A stretch of 64,000 nt of DNA, taken from positions 17,174 through 81,173 of IMG/VR virus record IMGVR_UViG_2894272399_000002; one strand, written 5' to 3'. Below are positions 37,539-46,743 of this stretch, in pieces. The notes beneath the pieces were generated by a model. It was given only the letters and a program-made list of their open reading frames with translations, did no database searches and was not told where the DNA came from. The translations under genes and the position numbers were made by a program. The stretch comes from a virus (lineage: Duplodnaviria; Caudoviricetes). Position 1 is the first letter of the stretch. The number at the start of each line of letters is the position of its first letter.

Positions 37539-38261
37539 ATGTGCTATCACGTTTCAAATGAGAGCAGTGCGGAAGAAATCCAACGGGAATTCAAACTGCC
37601 AATGGACAAAGTTGAGAAGTTTAAGGAGAGGTATGATTTTGTCGGTTTTGAAAAGCCTTACCTGCCGGTTATATCGAAAGAAAACCCGAAAATGATCGAT
37701 ATGTACCGCTGGCGGCTGGTTCCTGAATGGGTAAAGGATGAGAAAGACTGGAAGGCGAACACACTGAATGCCAGAAATGACGAGCTTTTTGAAAAGCCGT
37801 CGTACAGAAACTATTGGCAAAACAGGTGCCTGATTATCTGTACAGGATTTTTCGAACCACACTATCCGGATTTGAGCGGGAAAGAACATGAGTCTTGGTA
37901 CATCAAACCAAAAAACAAAAAGTTCTTTGTGCTGGGCGGGATATATTCAAATTGGAAAAACGAAAAGACATTCAGCATTGTGACAACGGATGCCAGCCCG
38001 AAAATGGAGGAAGTCCATAATGATGGGAAGCGGCAACCACTGGTATTGACCGGTGATGCTGCGCTGGCTTGGCTGGTGCCGGATCTAACAAAAGACGAAA
38101 TGAAAAACTTAATGTTGTTCCAGTACCCTGATGATGATTTGATTGCTTACAGAACGGTCGATGGTATCTACAATTCAAGGCTGGATACAAATGTTCCGGC
38201 AGCTATTAAACCTTATGAAAGGCCACCATTCAACGTGTTGGATATGTTTGGAGTTAACTAA
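37539..38261 (+). CDS. SOS response-associated peptidase (SRAP/YedK family), intact
   Basis: Cys2, NAR, GFFE and VHN catalytic residues. Confidence 0.92.
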   Translation: MCYHVSNESSAEEIQREFKLPMDKVEKFKERYDFVGFEKPYLPVISKENPKMIDMYRWRLVPEWVKDEKDWKANTLNARNDELFEKPSYRNYWQNRCLIICTGFFEPHYPDLSGKEHESWYIKPKNKKFFVLGGIYSNWKNEKTFSIVTTDASPKMEEVHNDGKRQPLVLTGDAALAWLVPDLTKDEMKNLMLFQYPDDDLIAYRTVDGIYNSRLDTNVPAAIKPYERPPFNVLDMFGVN

Positions 38262-38265
38262 TCGG

Positions 38266-38625
38266 TTACTCGTTTGCAGCATTTGTCCCTTTTTCGATTA
38301 ACACGAAATCTTGACCTGGGTAAAACCAATAGTCGTTATGAGCCGCACAGATCCCGGAAATATAACTCTCATTCAAGCGGACTTTGATTAGCTTTTCCAC
38401 CATTTCGCTAGCCTTGTCAACACCGGTAACTTGTAAGCAACGAAGCAGGAATTGTCCGAAGAAATTGACTTCGCCGGTGGCCGGAGAAGCGAAGAGGTCC
38501 CGACCACCGAATAAAAACACGTCGCCGTTAATTTCGATTTTTAACGCAGCTGATAAGTATTCGTTCTCGATAAGGTAAATATCAACGCCAATGATTTCAC
38601 CGGTAGTAACAATTGAGTCTTCCAT
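38266..38625 (-). CDS. Hypothetical protein
   Basis: 119-aa ORF filling the gap. Confidence 0.55.
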   Translation of the reverse strand: MEDSIVTTGEIIGVDIYLIENEYLSAALKIEINGDVFLFGGRDLFASPATGEVNFFGQFLLRCLQVTGVDKASEMVEKLIKVRLNESYISGICAAHNDYWFYPGQDFVLIEKGTNAANE

Positions 38626-38670
38626 GTAGTTGAGTTATAATGCAAAACAATTATATAAATAAAGTATGCC

Positions 38671-39453
38671 ATGCCCGAAATTCCAGAACTAAATGTTTTA
38701 AAAAACAATCTGTTGAAGAGATTCAAGGGGAAGAAGGTTGAAGAATTCCGGATCCTTTGGAAGAAAAACATCAAAACACCGGAAGAAGAATTTGCAAAAA
38801 CATTTCAGGGCGCCAAATTGATGGATATAACCAGGGAAGGAAAGATACTGTTACTCCGCTTTGACAATGATCAGATCTTGGGGATACATCTACGATTGAC
38901 TGGCAGGGCTTTTTTGATACCAGAAGAAGAAGACACGAAGTTCCCGATCATGATGATGCTATTCAAAAAGGATGGCTTCGGCATAAATGATTTTATGGGC
39001 CAGGCTCAACCCGAGATCAATCCTACGATTCCAGATGTCCCTGACGTGTTATCGAAAGATTTTACCCTTGACTATTTGAAGGCGATTATTGCAAAACGGA
39101 GCAACAAAGCCATAAAGACAGTATTGACGGAGCAAAAACTTCTTCGGGGAATGGGGAATGCCTATACTGATGAATCACTTTGGGCGGCAAAAATAGATCC
39201 TCGATCTATTGCTTCGAAAATTCCGGATGCAAAGTTGAAGGAGTTTTTAGACTGCCTCCATGAAGTGTACTCGGATGCCGAGAATGAAATCGATATAGCC
39301 ACAGGCAAAGATTCACTGATGATAGAAAAGCGCGAGTTCATGAAAGTGCACAATAGCAAGCGCAAGCAGGATCCGGAAGGGAATGACATTGAGAAGGGAG
39401 AGGTCGCGAAAGCTAAAACGTATTGGAGCAAAGCACAGCAGCTTTATGAGTAG
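38671..39453 (+). CDS. Fpg/Nei family DNA glycosylase (zincless finger)
   Basis: MPEIPE, REGK, HLRLTG and GMGNAYTDE; no C-terminal Cys4. Confidence 0.9.
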   Translation: MPEIPELNVLKNNLLKRFKGKKVEEFRILWKKNIKTPEEEFAKTFQGAKLMDITREGKILLLRFDNDQILGIHLRLTGRAFLIPEEEDTKFPIMMMLFKKDGFGINDFMGQAQPEINPTIPDVPDVLSKDFTLDYLKAIIAKRSNKAIKTVLTEQKLLRGMGNAYTDESLWAAKIDPRSIASKIPDAKLKEFLDCLHEVYSDAENEIDIATGKDSLMIEKREFMKVHNSKRKQDPEGNDIEKGEVAKAKTYWSKAQQLYE

Positions 39454-39506
39454 AAGACACGGCGTATATATTTTTTATTAAAGACTTAATGCAAACCTGA
39501 TATGTT

Positions 39507-40151
39507 GTGAGACTGACAAAAGCTCTATCTGAAATCGAGGCAGAATATGGGGCTAAATTTCAGGATCCAAAGTCCTACGTCGCTTTCGAGTGGTTTACTG
39601 GAACGGATTACCCACCCCTACCGATTATCGCAAATGATCAAATGAAAATCATTATGATAGCGTATTGGGGATTAAGCAGTGAAACAAAATCAGAATGGGC
39701 AAATGAATGGATCTGGAGAATCCAGCTTAATCAAGTTCATTCAAATGTAGCAGTTCGCTCAAATATTGCAAATAGGTGCCTAATTTTAGTCGATGGTTTC
39801 TTTCAGAACCGGTTAGTTGATAAAAAGATTCGGAGATGCCTAGTTACAAAGGCTAACAAGACGGTTTTCGCTTGCGCAGGAATCTACGAAGACCAGACTG
39901 ACCACCAAACCGGTGAAAAGATCCGGAAATTTACTATTTTGACGACCGGAGCCAACGGCTTGATGGCCATCGTCGACAATCGACAAAAACGAATGCCTAT
40001 TGTATTAGATAAGGACGAAGAATCGAAATGGCTGGATCCTAAAAGCGACATAATGGACTTTTCAGACAGAAGGAAAATAGAGCTTGTTGCTGACTATGCC
40101 CCATCAGAGAAGATAGTAAAGCCTGGCTACTCGTACAATTTATTCGATTAA
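39507..40151 (+). pseudogene. Degenerate or catalytically dead SRAP paralogue
   Basis: SRAP motifs present (WGL, RCLILVDGFF, AGIY, FTILT, RMP). TGA at 39498 sits where Cys is expected; GFFQ replaces GFFE; catalytic His missing. Confidence 0.6.
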
Positions 40152-40205
40152 ACACCTTTCAACAGAGATCAACTCAACACCCGAGCATTCGATAAAAAAA
40201 TACCT

Positions 40206-40667
40206 ATGATTGATTATCCACAATTTTCGATCGTCAATGCTGACAATTTAAGTTTTGACATCGATCATTCAGTATTAGATAGAGTTAAAAGAAAAGAGTT
40301 TGGCCGTTACGTTGGAATTTCAGTATTATCCAGGTTTGAAGGATTCGATAAAGGACTGTTACCCATTGTTACCAATATCAAATTGGTTGGCCTTATCGGC
40401 GAAAACCAGTTCGAGGCGGTTGATTCCTTTTACGTATCAATTTTTCAGTTTTCCGACCAGCGGAGTATCCTTTTAGGAGTTAACGAAGATTCCGTGCGTA
40501 TTCTACAGAAATGCCACCAGTTAGCCCAAGCACACGCTTATTCAATATTTTCATTGCTTTGTAAAGAAAATGGCGTACCACAATCCGGTATGGAACTAAC
40601 ACCGGAAGAAAACTCAGTTGAAGGCATTGAGGAATTTTTAGAACAAATAGCCCTTCCGGCAGAATAA
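40206..40667 (+). CDS. Hypothetical protein, SecB-like pattern; paralogue 1
   Basis: Similar to the next gene (F.KG.L.I; VS.F.F; IL..C..LAQA..Y..FS). Confidence 0.6.
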   Translation: MIDYPQFSIVNADNLSFDIDHSVLDRVKRKEFGRYVGISVLSRFEGFDKGLLPIVTNIKLVGLIGENQFEAVDSFYVSIFQFSDQRSILLGVNEDSVRILQKCHQLAQAHAYSIFSLLCKENGVPQSGMELTPEENSVEGIEEFLEQIALPAE

Positions 40668-40676
40668 AGATATTTT

Positions 40677-41129
40677 ATGGATTATTTCATTTCAGGCACT
40701 GTGCCGGCTCCCATCGAATTCAATCAGAACTCTTATGGTCTGTATTTACTCGGAGAGTACGGGGAATCGAGTGCGATAGGATTTAAGTCAGGCATCAATG
40801 ATTTCAAAAAAGGGACATTGTCAATTAGCGTTCAAATCGAATTCTACGCGGATCGTGACGGTGACGGAATTTGGGTAGCTCGCGGCAGACAAGTGTCATT
40901 CTTCGAATTCGAGAATCCTGGTCTATTGAAGAGAGGCCCAACAAAGAAAGCTATTTCGATTTTGAAAGAGTGTACCGACTTAGCGCAGGCGTACTGTTAT
41001 GCAAACTTTTCTTTTGAAGGGTCAAGGAACAAACTACCGATGATGCCCTCAATAGTACAGCCGTTTATCGAGACCGAAAAGGCAATAATGGACTTTCTAG
41101 CAAAGCACAACGAATTGAAGAAAAAGTAG
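40677..41129 (+). CDS. Hypothetical protein, SecB-like pattern; paralogue 2
   Basis: Shares the motifs listed for the previous gene. Confidence 0.6.
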   Translation: MDYFISGTVPAPIEFNQNSYGLYLLGEYGESSAIGFKSGINDFKKGTLSISVQIEFYADRDGDGIWVARGRQVSFFEFENPGLLKRGPTKKAISILKECTDLAQAYCYANFSFEGSRNKLPMMPSIVQPFIETEKAIMDFLAKHNELKKK

Positions 41130-41197
41130 GCAATAGGAACATCAGGTAGTTAAATTCTAATAGTTTTTCTCGGGTGATGTTAATGGGGTTAGTTGGT

Positions 41198-41416
41198 TCA
41201 GCCAAGTGCAAACTTTTCCTCTTTCGTTAATTTACTAAGAGCCTTTTTTCGGAGCTCATCACCATTGTAGGGCATGCATTCTTCGAAAGTGTCGAAGATA
41301 ATAAATTCTAATCTTTCAGCCGGAATAGAACCACCATACCCGCCGGTTATATCAGCCAGCTTTGAATGGCTAAAAATTACTCTCTCGCGGCTCACCTTAT
41401 ACACTCTGGACTTCAA
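41198..41416 (-). CDS. Hypothetical phage protein
   Basis: Ends ALSKLTKEEK.ALG, a common phage tail motif. Confidence 0.5.
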   Translation of the reverse strand: MKSRVYKVSRERVIFSHSKLADITGGYGGSIPAERLEFIIFDTFEECMPYNGDELRKKALSKLTKEEKFALG

Positions 41417-41809
41417 ATGATCTGGAAGAGATTAAACATCCAAAGAAACAGATCTGCTGAGCGGGTGTATAGTGACAATCAGGTGATCTTTAAAAAGGTA
41501 GCGGCTTCTCTTATCCGGCAGTACGGTATCGAAGTCACCTTTGAAGATTACACAGCAGCAGCTGAAATGCTTATTTTTTCCCTGGCAGAAGATCCTGTTG
41601 TTTACTACCAAGTGATGCTGAGTACAGGACACACCCCAAGACCAGTTTCTTCCCCTGATGGTGGCGTAACAATCGTAGATGCTGATCCCTCTGAGAGAAT
41701 GACCCACACCCAGGCCGAAGAGCTCATGCATAACATCTGGAAGCATAGAGGTATGGCTTTAATGCATATCAGGGAGAGGTTTGCAAGGGATTTACCTCAG
41801 GCGGAGTAG
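41417..41809 (+). CDS. Hypothetical protein
   Basis: Start placed at ATG 41417. Confidence 0.5.
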   Translation: MIWKRLNIQRNRSAERVYSDNQVIFKKVAASLIRQYGIEVTFEDYTAAAEMLIFSLAEDPVVYYQVMLSTGHTPRPVSSPDGGVTIVDADPSERMTHTQAEELMHNIWKHRGMALMHIRERFARDLPQAE

Positions 41810-42111
41810 CCGAGTGAACGGATGAAATCGACCAATTTGAATGGGTTCTCAATACTTAACATTTTGTGATCGTAGCTTACCAAAATATTTCCATTGTACT
41901 CAATTGTCATGACCATTGGGATTCCAGAACTTCCTATTTTAATCTCATATTGAAGCTTTATAAATCCAAGATTTGACGTTATCCGAGGTGAATTCCGGCC
42001 TTGAAACTGGTAATTAAATATCTTCTCGCAGCTTTCCAGATCCCCTGCTAGTTCGCTAAGGGGTTTGTAGGTGGGTTTCTCGAATACAACTTCAATTGTT
42101 GGTGATTTCAT
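41797..42111 (-). CDS. Hypothetical protein
   Basis: Part of the tightly packed leftward small-gene array. Confidence 0.55.
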   Translation of the reverse strand: MKSPTIEVVFEKPTYKPLSELAGDLESCEKIFNYQFQGRNSPRITSNLGFIKLQYEIKIGSSGIPMVMTIEYNGNILVSYDHKMLSIENPFKLVDFIRSLGYSA

Positions 42112-42116
42112 TCTTT

Positions 42117-42401
42117 TTATAAAATAAGTGACTTGATCTCAATGAAATCATTGAACTCGATTGTAATTGGTTGCTCGGAGACATCTTTCAATATGCTTGT
42201 AAGAGTTCGAAGACTGCTGCCGTAATAGGTGTTTTGGAAATAAGGCTCCTTGCTTTCAACTGATAGCCTTTCACCGAAACCTCCAATGGTTAAATATCCA
42301 TTCTCAATCTTCGCAGAGTAAGCCCCTGTAACAGGTCGGAGGGCTTTAAGGAAATTGTACAGCATATCGCTGCTACAAATGATCTGGGTTTTATTATTCA
42401 T
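42117..42401 (-). CDS. Hypothetical protein
   Basis: Coupled ORF. Confidence 0.55.
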   Translation of the reverse strand: MNNKTQIICSSDMLYNFLKALRPVTGAYSAKIENGYLTIGGFGERLSVESKEPYFQNTYYGSSLRTLTSILKDVSEQPITIEFNDFIEIKSLIL

Positions 42402-42643
42402 TTTCTTCCAATTTTCTGTTTATACCATGTGATAGCAGACTCCCAAGATTCCTGAGTATTATTTCCTCCGTTTTCTTTGTACCAATCACTCCATGCATGG
42501 CTGATTTCTTCTTCGCTGGGATCGATACAGGAGAGGGCGTAGGCTTTCGCAACAGACTCAACGAGTTCTAATTGTTCGTTCGTGAGTGGTGCAACATGAG
42601 CTTTCCGCTTCTCGTCGGCAAAGATCTCTATGAATTTTTTCAT
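42398..42643 (-). CDS. Hypothetical protein
   Basis: ATGA-coupled ORF. Confidence 0.55.
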   Translation of the reverse strand: MKKFIEIFADEKRKAHVAPLTNEQLELVESVAKAYALSCIDPSEEEISHAWSDWYKENGGNNTQESWESAITWYKQKIGRK

Positions 42644-42843
42644 GGTAGTTCGATTGGTAGGTTTTCAAATATTTTTTCAAAAAATGCACTACCCTCTGCT
42701 ATTCTCTCCCTATCCGCTTTCACAGCTTCCCGGGCGTAGTGGTCGGCGAAAAGTTCGGCGGCTTCTTTATAAAACCGATATATTGCATTTGGGTATCTTT
42801 GTTCCAAGTACCAGAAAGAATCAAATCCGTGCGACTTTGCCAC
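42640..42843 (-). CDS. Hypothetical protein
   Basis: ATGA-coupled ORF. Confidence 0.5.
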   Translation of the reverse strand: MAKSHGFDSFWYLEQRYPNAIYRFYKEAAELFADHYAREAVKADRERIAEGSAFFEKIFENLPIELP

Positions 42844-42897
42844 GTCCTATTTGAAGTCGTCAAATGTTTTCTTTTTCATGTTCCGTTTGGTGAAGGG

Positions 42898-43194
42898 TTA
42901 AAGCCTAACTTTCTTAAAAAATTTCACCATTTCAATACAACGATCGCAAGTTATCTTCCCAATTTTATCCTCAAACTCAGCCGCTCCTTCCCCGAATCCA
43001 AATACCTCACCGCCGCATAATGTTCTGTGTGCATCTCCGAATGAATTTACTAAATGCCATTCACTCCCCCATATAGGATCTCCTTGTTCATTTGTTTCAA
43101 CGGCCTCGCCATCGTCTGTTGTTAAAAATCTTACTACGTGACTCATAGGGGACGGGTTAAAATTTTGGATCTTCATGATATGTGACAACAGCAC
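42898..43194 (-). CDS. Hypothetical zinc-binding protein (start probably 43147)
   Basis: WH...TLCG...ITCxxC motif. Confidence 0.6.
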   Translation of the reverse strand: MLLSHIMKIQNFNPSPMSHVVRFLTTDDGEAVETNEQGDPIWGSEWHLVNSFGDAHRTLCGGEVFGFGEGAAEFEDKIGKITCDRCIEMVKFFKKVRL

Positions 43195-43462
43195 GTTTTT
43201 CTTTTTTTATTGGCTGATATTTCTCTGGCAGAAACTCTCCAAATTCCTCAATAAATCTGTATTTCAATATTGAATGATACGATTTGTTGACATTAAACTC
43301 TCCACACTTAAACATATTCCAAAACTTTCCACGACTAAAAATCGGATTGGCTTTTGCTGGCTTCTCCCAATCTTTAACCTCTGTTTTTGCTTTTAAAAGC
43401 ATATCTGAAATAGCCTCGTTGCTGATCGTTTCAGATAGTTCTCTTGCTCTTGTTTTGTTCAT
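43157..43462 (-). CDS. Hypothetical protein
   Basis: ORF in the array. Confidence 0.6.
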   Translation of the reverse strand: MNKTRARELSETISNEAISDMLLKAKTEVKDWEKPAKANPIFSRGKFWNMFKCGEFNVNKSYHSILKYRFIEEFGEFLPEKYQPIKKEKRAVVTYHEDPKF

Positions 43463-43493
43463 CTGTATTATCTATTTAGTGTTTAACCCTGCA

Positions 43494-43877
43494 TCATTGA
43501 GGCGGGGAGGATTGAACTGTTACTTCGCGTACGAAGTTTGGATTGTTGTGTGAATTGACGAACTGCAAAACCACTTTCCACACTGCTTCGATTTTAGTAT
43601 CGCCTACTGACCTGAATATCAAAACTCCACCGGGATGACCAGATAGTTTTTTAATCTGAGCAACATTTGCGTAACTATGAACTACAAACGAATCCTCGCC
43701 TATTGCTTCGATCTTTTCAACTACTGACATGAGCCAGTTCCAGTCCGAATGATATTTCAATCCATTGTTTTGATACGCATGTTCCATAGCGTATAAATAC
43801 GGGTCTTTCGATTCCCTGGCTTTTTCTAGGTACCGATTAAAATCGGCAAGTAGCTTATTTCCTTCAATTGTGTCCAT
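43494..43877 (-). CDS. Hypothetical phage protein
   Basis: YHSDWNWLMSVVEKIE motif, common in Bacteroidota phages. Confidence 0.65.
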   Translation of the reverse strand: MDTIEGNKLLADFNRYLEKARESKDPYLYAMEHAYQNNGLKYHSDWNWLMSVVEKIEAIGEDSFVVHSYANVAQIKKLSGHPGGVLIFRSVGDTKIEAVWKVVLQFVNSHNNPNFVREVTVQSSPPQ

Positions 43878-43890
43878 ACCTTTCTTTTGT

Positions 43891-44016
43891 TTAACCCTGT
43901 GATACAGGGAGGGGGTTAGTAATAAATTTGGTAGCTATATCGGTAGCAAAAACTACAATGTCAGTTAGTTCATATTCATACTTGATCCCTTCGATTATTA
44001 AAGAATATCTTTCCAT
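43891..44016 (-). CDS. 41-aa hypothetical protein
   Basis: Manual translation MERYSLIIEGIKYEYELTDIVVFATDIATKFITNPLPVSQG fills the gap. Confidence 0.35.
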   Translation of the reverse strand: MERYSLIIEGIKYEYELTDIVVFATDIATKFITNPLPVSQG

Positions 44017-44053
44017 AATAGTTTTTGTGGTTTGGTTTAATATCCGGAGGTGA

Positions 44054-44260
44054 TTAAAGGTCTTGCCAGTGAGTGGGAGTGTAGTATACGTACATATTGC
44101 ATGTCAGATCAGTAAACCACAAACGGCCTTGCCGTACTAATCTTTGCTCATTTCTATCGCCACGTTCATCGCTGATTTTGGTTTTAATCAAGCGACCTTC
44201 GGGTGCTGTTTGGATTGGTTGCCACTCGCATCTCTTTGCTTCTTGTGCTATTGTCTCCAT
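44054..44260 (-). CDS. DUF551-like phage protein
   Basis: WQPIQTAP...PTHW. Confidence 0.7.
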   Translation of the reverse strand: METIAQEAKRCEWQPIQTAPEGRLIKTKISDERGDRNEQRLVRQGRLWFTDLTCNMYVYYTPTHWQDL

Positions 44261-44286
44261 AACTCAGGATTGGGGTTGATTGGTTG

Positions 44287-44937
44287 TCATATTTCAGTAA
44301 CACGGGTATAACCATCGCTAATCAGGCATCCCATGGCTAATATTTCAATTTCATTATAGGTGAAAACAAGAGCCTTTTCGCTCTTTTTGGAAACAATCCA
44401 TTCTTGATCTAGGAGGCCCAATAACTCTACCACATCTGAAACCTGGCTTACCATATCCATAAGAAATGAAACGCCATGTATTAAGTAGTACACATCGCTA
44501 TTGTAAACCTTGATTGGCTTTGGCAGTTTCTTGCCGGGCACTTCTCCCATTCCATTACAGACATCACATGGGTGCTCATGCTTACACTCCCCACATTCAA
44601 CATAACCTTCTCCTGAACAGGAAGAACAATCAACGGATTCGCGTTCAATTACTTCTTGGACATATTCATCCGTCATGAATTCACGCAAGAATTGAAAGTT
44701 GACTGAAACCGGACTGCATGGAATCAATTTCTCTAAAACTGGAATGAACTTGTCAGATTCTAGTCCGGTGTAATAATCAGCACAGTCCACTCGATCATGT
44801 GGCGCGCTTACGATCATGTGATAGTCTGTAACTAGATATCTTCCATGAAGAACACAAGGCTTACTTGCCCATTCGTGGGGGTTCTGGTCTACTTTAAGGA
44901 GATTCCTTAATGCTAAATCATCAATCAATGTCTCCAT
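44287..44937 (-). CDS. Phage protein with DnaJ-type zinc finger
   Basis: CSSCSGEG..C..C...CDVCNGMG. Confidence 0.7.
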   Translation of the reverse strand: METLIDDLALRNLLKVDQNPHEWASKPCVLHGRYLVTDYHMIVSAPHDRVDCADYYTGLESDKFIPVLEKLIPCSPVSVNFQFLREFMTDEYVQEVIERESVDCSSCSGEGYVECGECKHEHPCDVCNGMGEVPGKKLPKPIKVYNSDVYYLIHGVSFLMDMVSQVSDVVELLGLLDQEWIVSKKSEKALVFTYNEIEILAMGCLISDGYTRVTEI

Positions 44938-44981
44938 AACTCTTATGTTTAAACGTTTACTCTTTTTGTCTCCTCTAAAAT

Positions 44982-45182
44982 TTAATCACGGTTCTGAGTG
45001 ATTCTCGTGAGTGCAACTTTCAGATCAAGGGCGGCTCTCTTAACTGCGCCCGATTTATAAGTGCCTTCGACGTACTGATATTTCTGATCTTTTTGATTGA
45101 TCACTTCGGCCTTCAAATCGAGTAAGCGGGACATAAACCTTTGCACTTCACTTTCGATTGATTCTATTTTTTCTATTTTCAT
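44982..45182 (-). CDS. Hypothetical protein
   Basis: GAVKRAALDL motif. Confidence 0.55.
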   Translation of the reverse strand: MKIEKIESIESEVQRFMSRLLDLKAEVINQKDQKYQYVEGTYKSGAVKRAALDLKVALTRITQNRD

Positions 45183-45251
45183 TGTCTGATATGTTTAATG
45201 GTTATAGTCTTTTTGTCTCCTGGATCACTGTTCCACAATTGCGGATGAAGT

Positions 45252-45482
45252 CTAGTGGTACAGCTCCAACTTCGACCGATTGTACGCCTTCTTCCTTCTC
45301 ACCTCGTCATTGTAAGCCGCCACGATGTCCTCAACGATCTTACACTTCACACCCGGATCATACGAACGGCGTAGTTTAGTTTCCCACCCATTTGTTTCTT
45401 TGCGCTGATACTGAGCCTGGTTCTGCCCTTCCTGACGGGTGATTATTACCCGCTCGTTATTGGAAATTGATACGTTTGTCAT
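45252..45482 (-). CDS. Hypothetical protein
   Basis: ORF in the array. Confidence 0.5.
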   Translation of the reverse strand: MTNVSISNNERVIITRQEGQNQAQYQRKETNGWETKLRRSYDPGVKCKIVEDIVAAYNDEVRRKKAYNRSKLELYH

Positions 45483-45543
45483 GATGTAACTTTTGGTTAA
45501 TTAGGTAAATCGATCTGTGGATAAGCGCTTGTTCACCATCCAT

Positions 45544-45834
45544 TTAAAACTGCTTTCGATTGATCCTTTCTTTTAATCTCGAAAGTTTTTGGTCAATAAA
45601 AACCTGAACATCTTCCTCGCCGACGATGAAGTTTGCTTGCTGGATCATGATATTCACATCAGCGACTTCCGATCTTAGATTGTTCAAGTTTTCCGGATTG
45701 TAAGGGTCGTTTCTCTCTAAATATTTGCCGATAGCCATGGCCAACTCTAAACATTCCTCTCGAACCATTTGAAGCTGTTTTTTCTCACCCCAGGTAATAA
45801 TTGCCAAGTCTGTTATCTCTTTGTCGATAGTCAT
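45544..45834 (-). CDS. MazG-like NTP pyrophosphohydrolase
   Basis: EECLEL...EVADV (EExxE/ExxD). Confidence 0.75.
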   Translation of the reverse strand: MTIDKEITDLAIITWGEKKQLQMVREECLELAMAIGKYLERNDPYNPENLNNLRSEVADVNIMIQQANFIVGEEDVQVFIDQKLSRLKERINRKQF

Positions 45835-45856
45835 TGTTCTTCTTTTGATTGTGTAA

Positions 45857-46291
45857 CTAATTCAAATCCGCATACTTCAAACTCAGCACCCTCGACCAGA
45901 TCAATCCGAGCTGCTTCGCCCTCTTCGGCTGCATCTTGCACATATCATGGTGCTCTCGGCAAAGCGGGATCATGAATTTCTTCTGGTTTATCAAAATCCC
46001 CCGACCACCTGAATGATGACAATCAACTGCTTCGCTTTCACATCCTGGATACACACAAATTGAATTTTCTGCTTTCCATCCCGGAAGCTCTTTGCTGTAC
46101 TTCCGATTCGCCGCGGCTACCTTTTTACTTTCTTTCCTGATCGGCTGACGTGGCTGCTTTGCTTTCTCCTTCCGTTTTGCCTGGGCCTTCAAATACTTCT
46201 CATCCGTTCTCAGCGCCTGATGCCAAGCAAGTTTACAATACCCACCACCGAACACGGGAAGAGTACAGTCAGGATGTTTGCAGGTTTTCAT
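45857..46291 (-). CDS. HNH-like nuclease
   Basis: C..PGC...DCHH..GRG...PLCREHH. Confidence 0.65.
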   Translation of the reverse strand: MKTCKHPDCTLPVFGGGYCKLAWHQALRTDEKYLKAQAKRKEKAKQPRQPIRKESKKVAAANRKYSKELPGWKAENSICVYPGCESEAVDCHHSGGRGILINQKKFMIPLCREHHDMCKMQPKRAKQLGLIWSRVLSLKYADLN

Positions 46292-46743
46292 TGTGCAGGA
46301 ACAGTCCTTTCCACAAACTGCAAATCCCCATCATGCGAGATCCTGAGCGGTATGTCGAACCGTTTGAAGTTCTTTGCGATTTCCAGCCAGAACAACTCCC
46401 TTTGACCGGCCGGAATCTCACCGCAAGCCATAGCCAGAACCAGTAGGTTGTGAAACAAATCTGTGATGCCCTCCATTTGTTCAGCTGCGGCACCGATATC
46501 TGAACCTTCTACCGATACATCCCAAACCGTCTGTTTTGCATGCTTTTCAAGCTCAGCCAGGAAACTATTGCCGGTTTGTTTAAGCTTCCTGCGGAACATG
46601 TTGGTGTGCTGCAATTGGTCGAGCATTCTGATCAGATAATGGACGGCGGCCGAAGTCGTTAGCGCTATACCCTTTTCGGTTTCAGTGAAGGGGCGGAGTT
46701 GTTGGGTTTGTTGCATGATGGATGTGTTAGTCTTCGGTTTCAC
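46288..46743 (-). CDS. Hypothetical protein
   Basis: Coupled ORF in the replication operon. Confidence 0.6.
   Translation of the reverse strand: MKPKTNTSIMQQTQQLRPFTETEKGIALTTSAAVHYLIRMLDQLQHTNMFRRKLKQTGNSFLAELEKHAKQTVWDVSVEGSDIGAAAEQMEGITDLFHNLLVLAMACGEIPAGQRELFWLEIAKNFKRFDIPLRISHDGDLQFVERTVPAQ

Noticed and set aside
39498-39500. TGA at the SRAP Cys position as selenocysteine
   Set aside because: It is not at residue 2, the other catalytic residues are also lost, and no convincing SECIS hairpin was seen.
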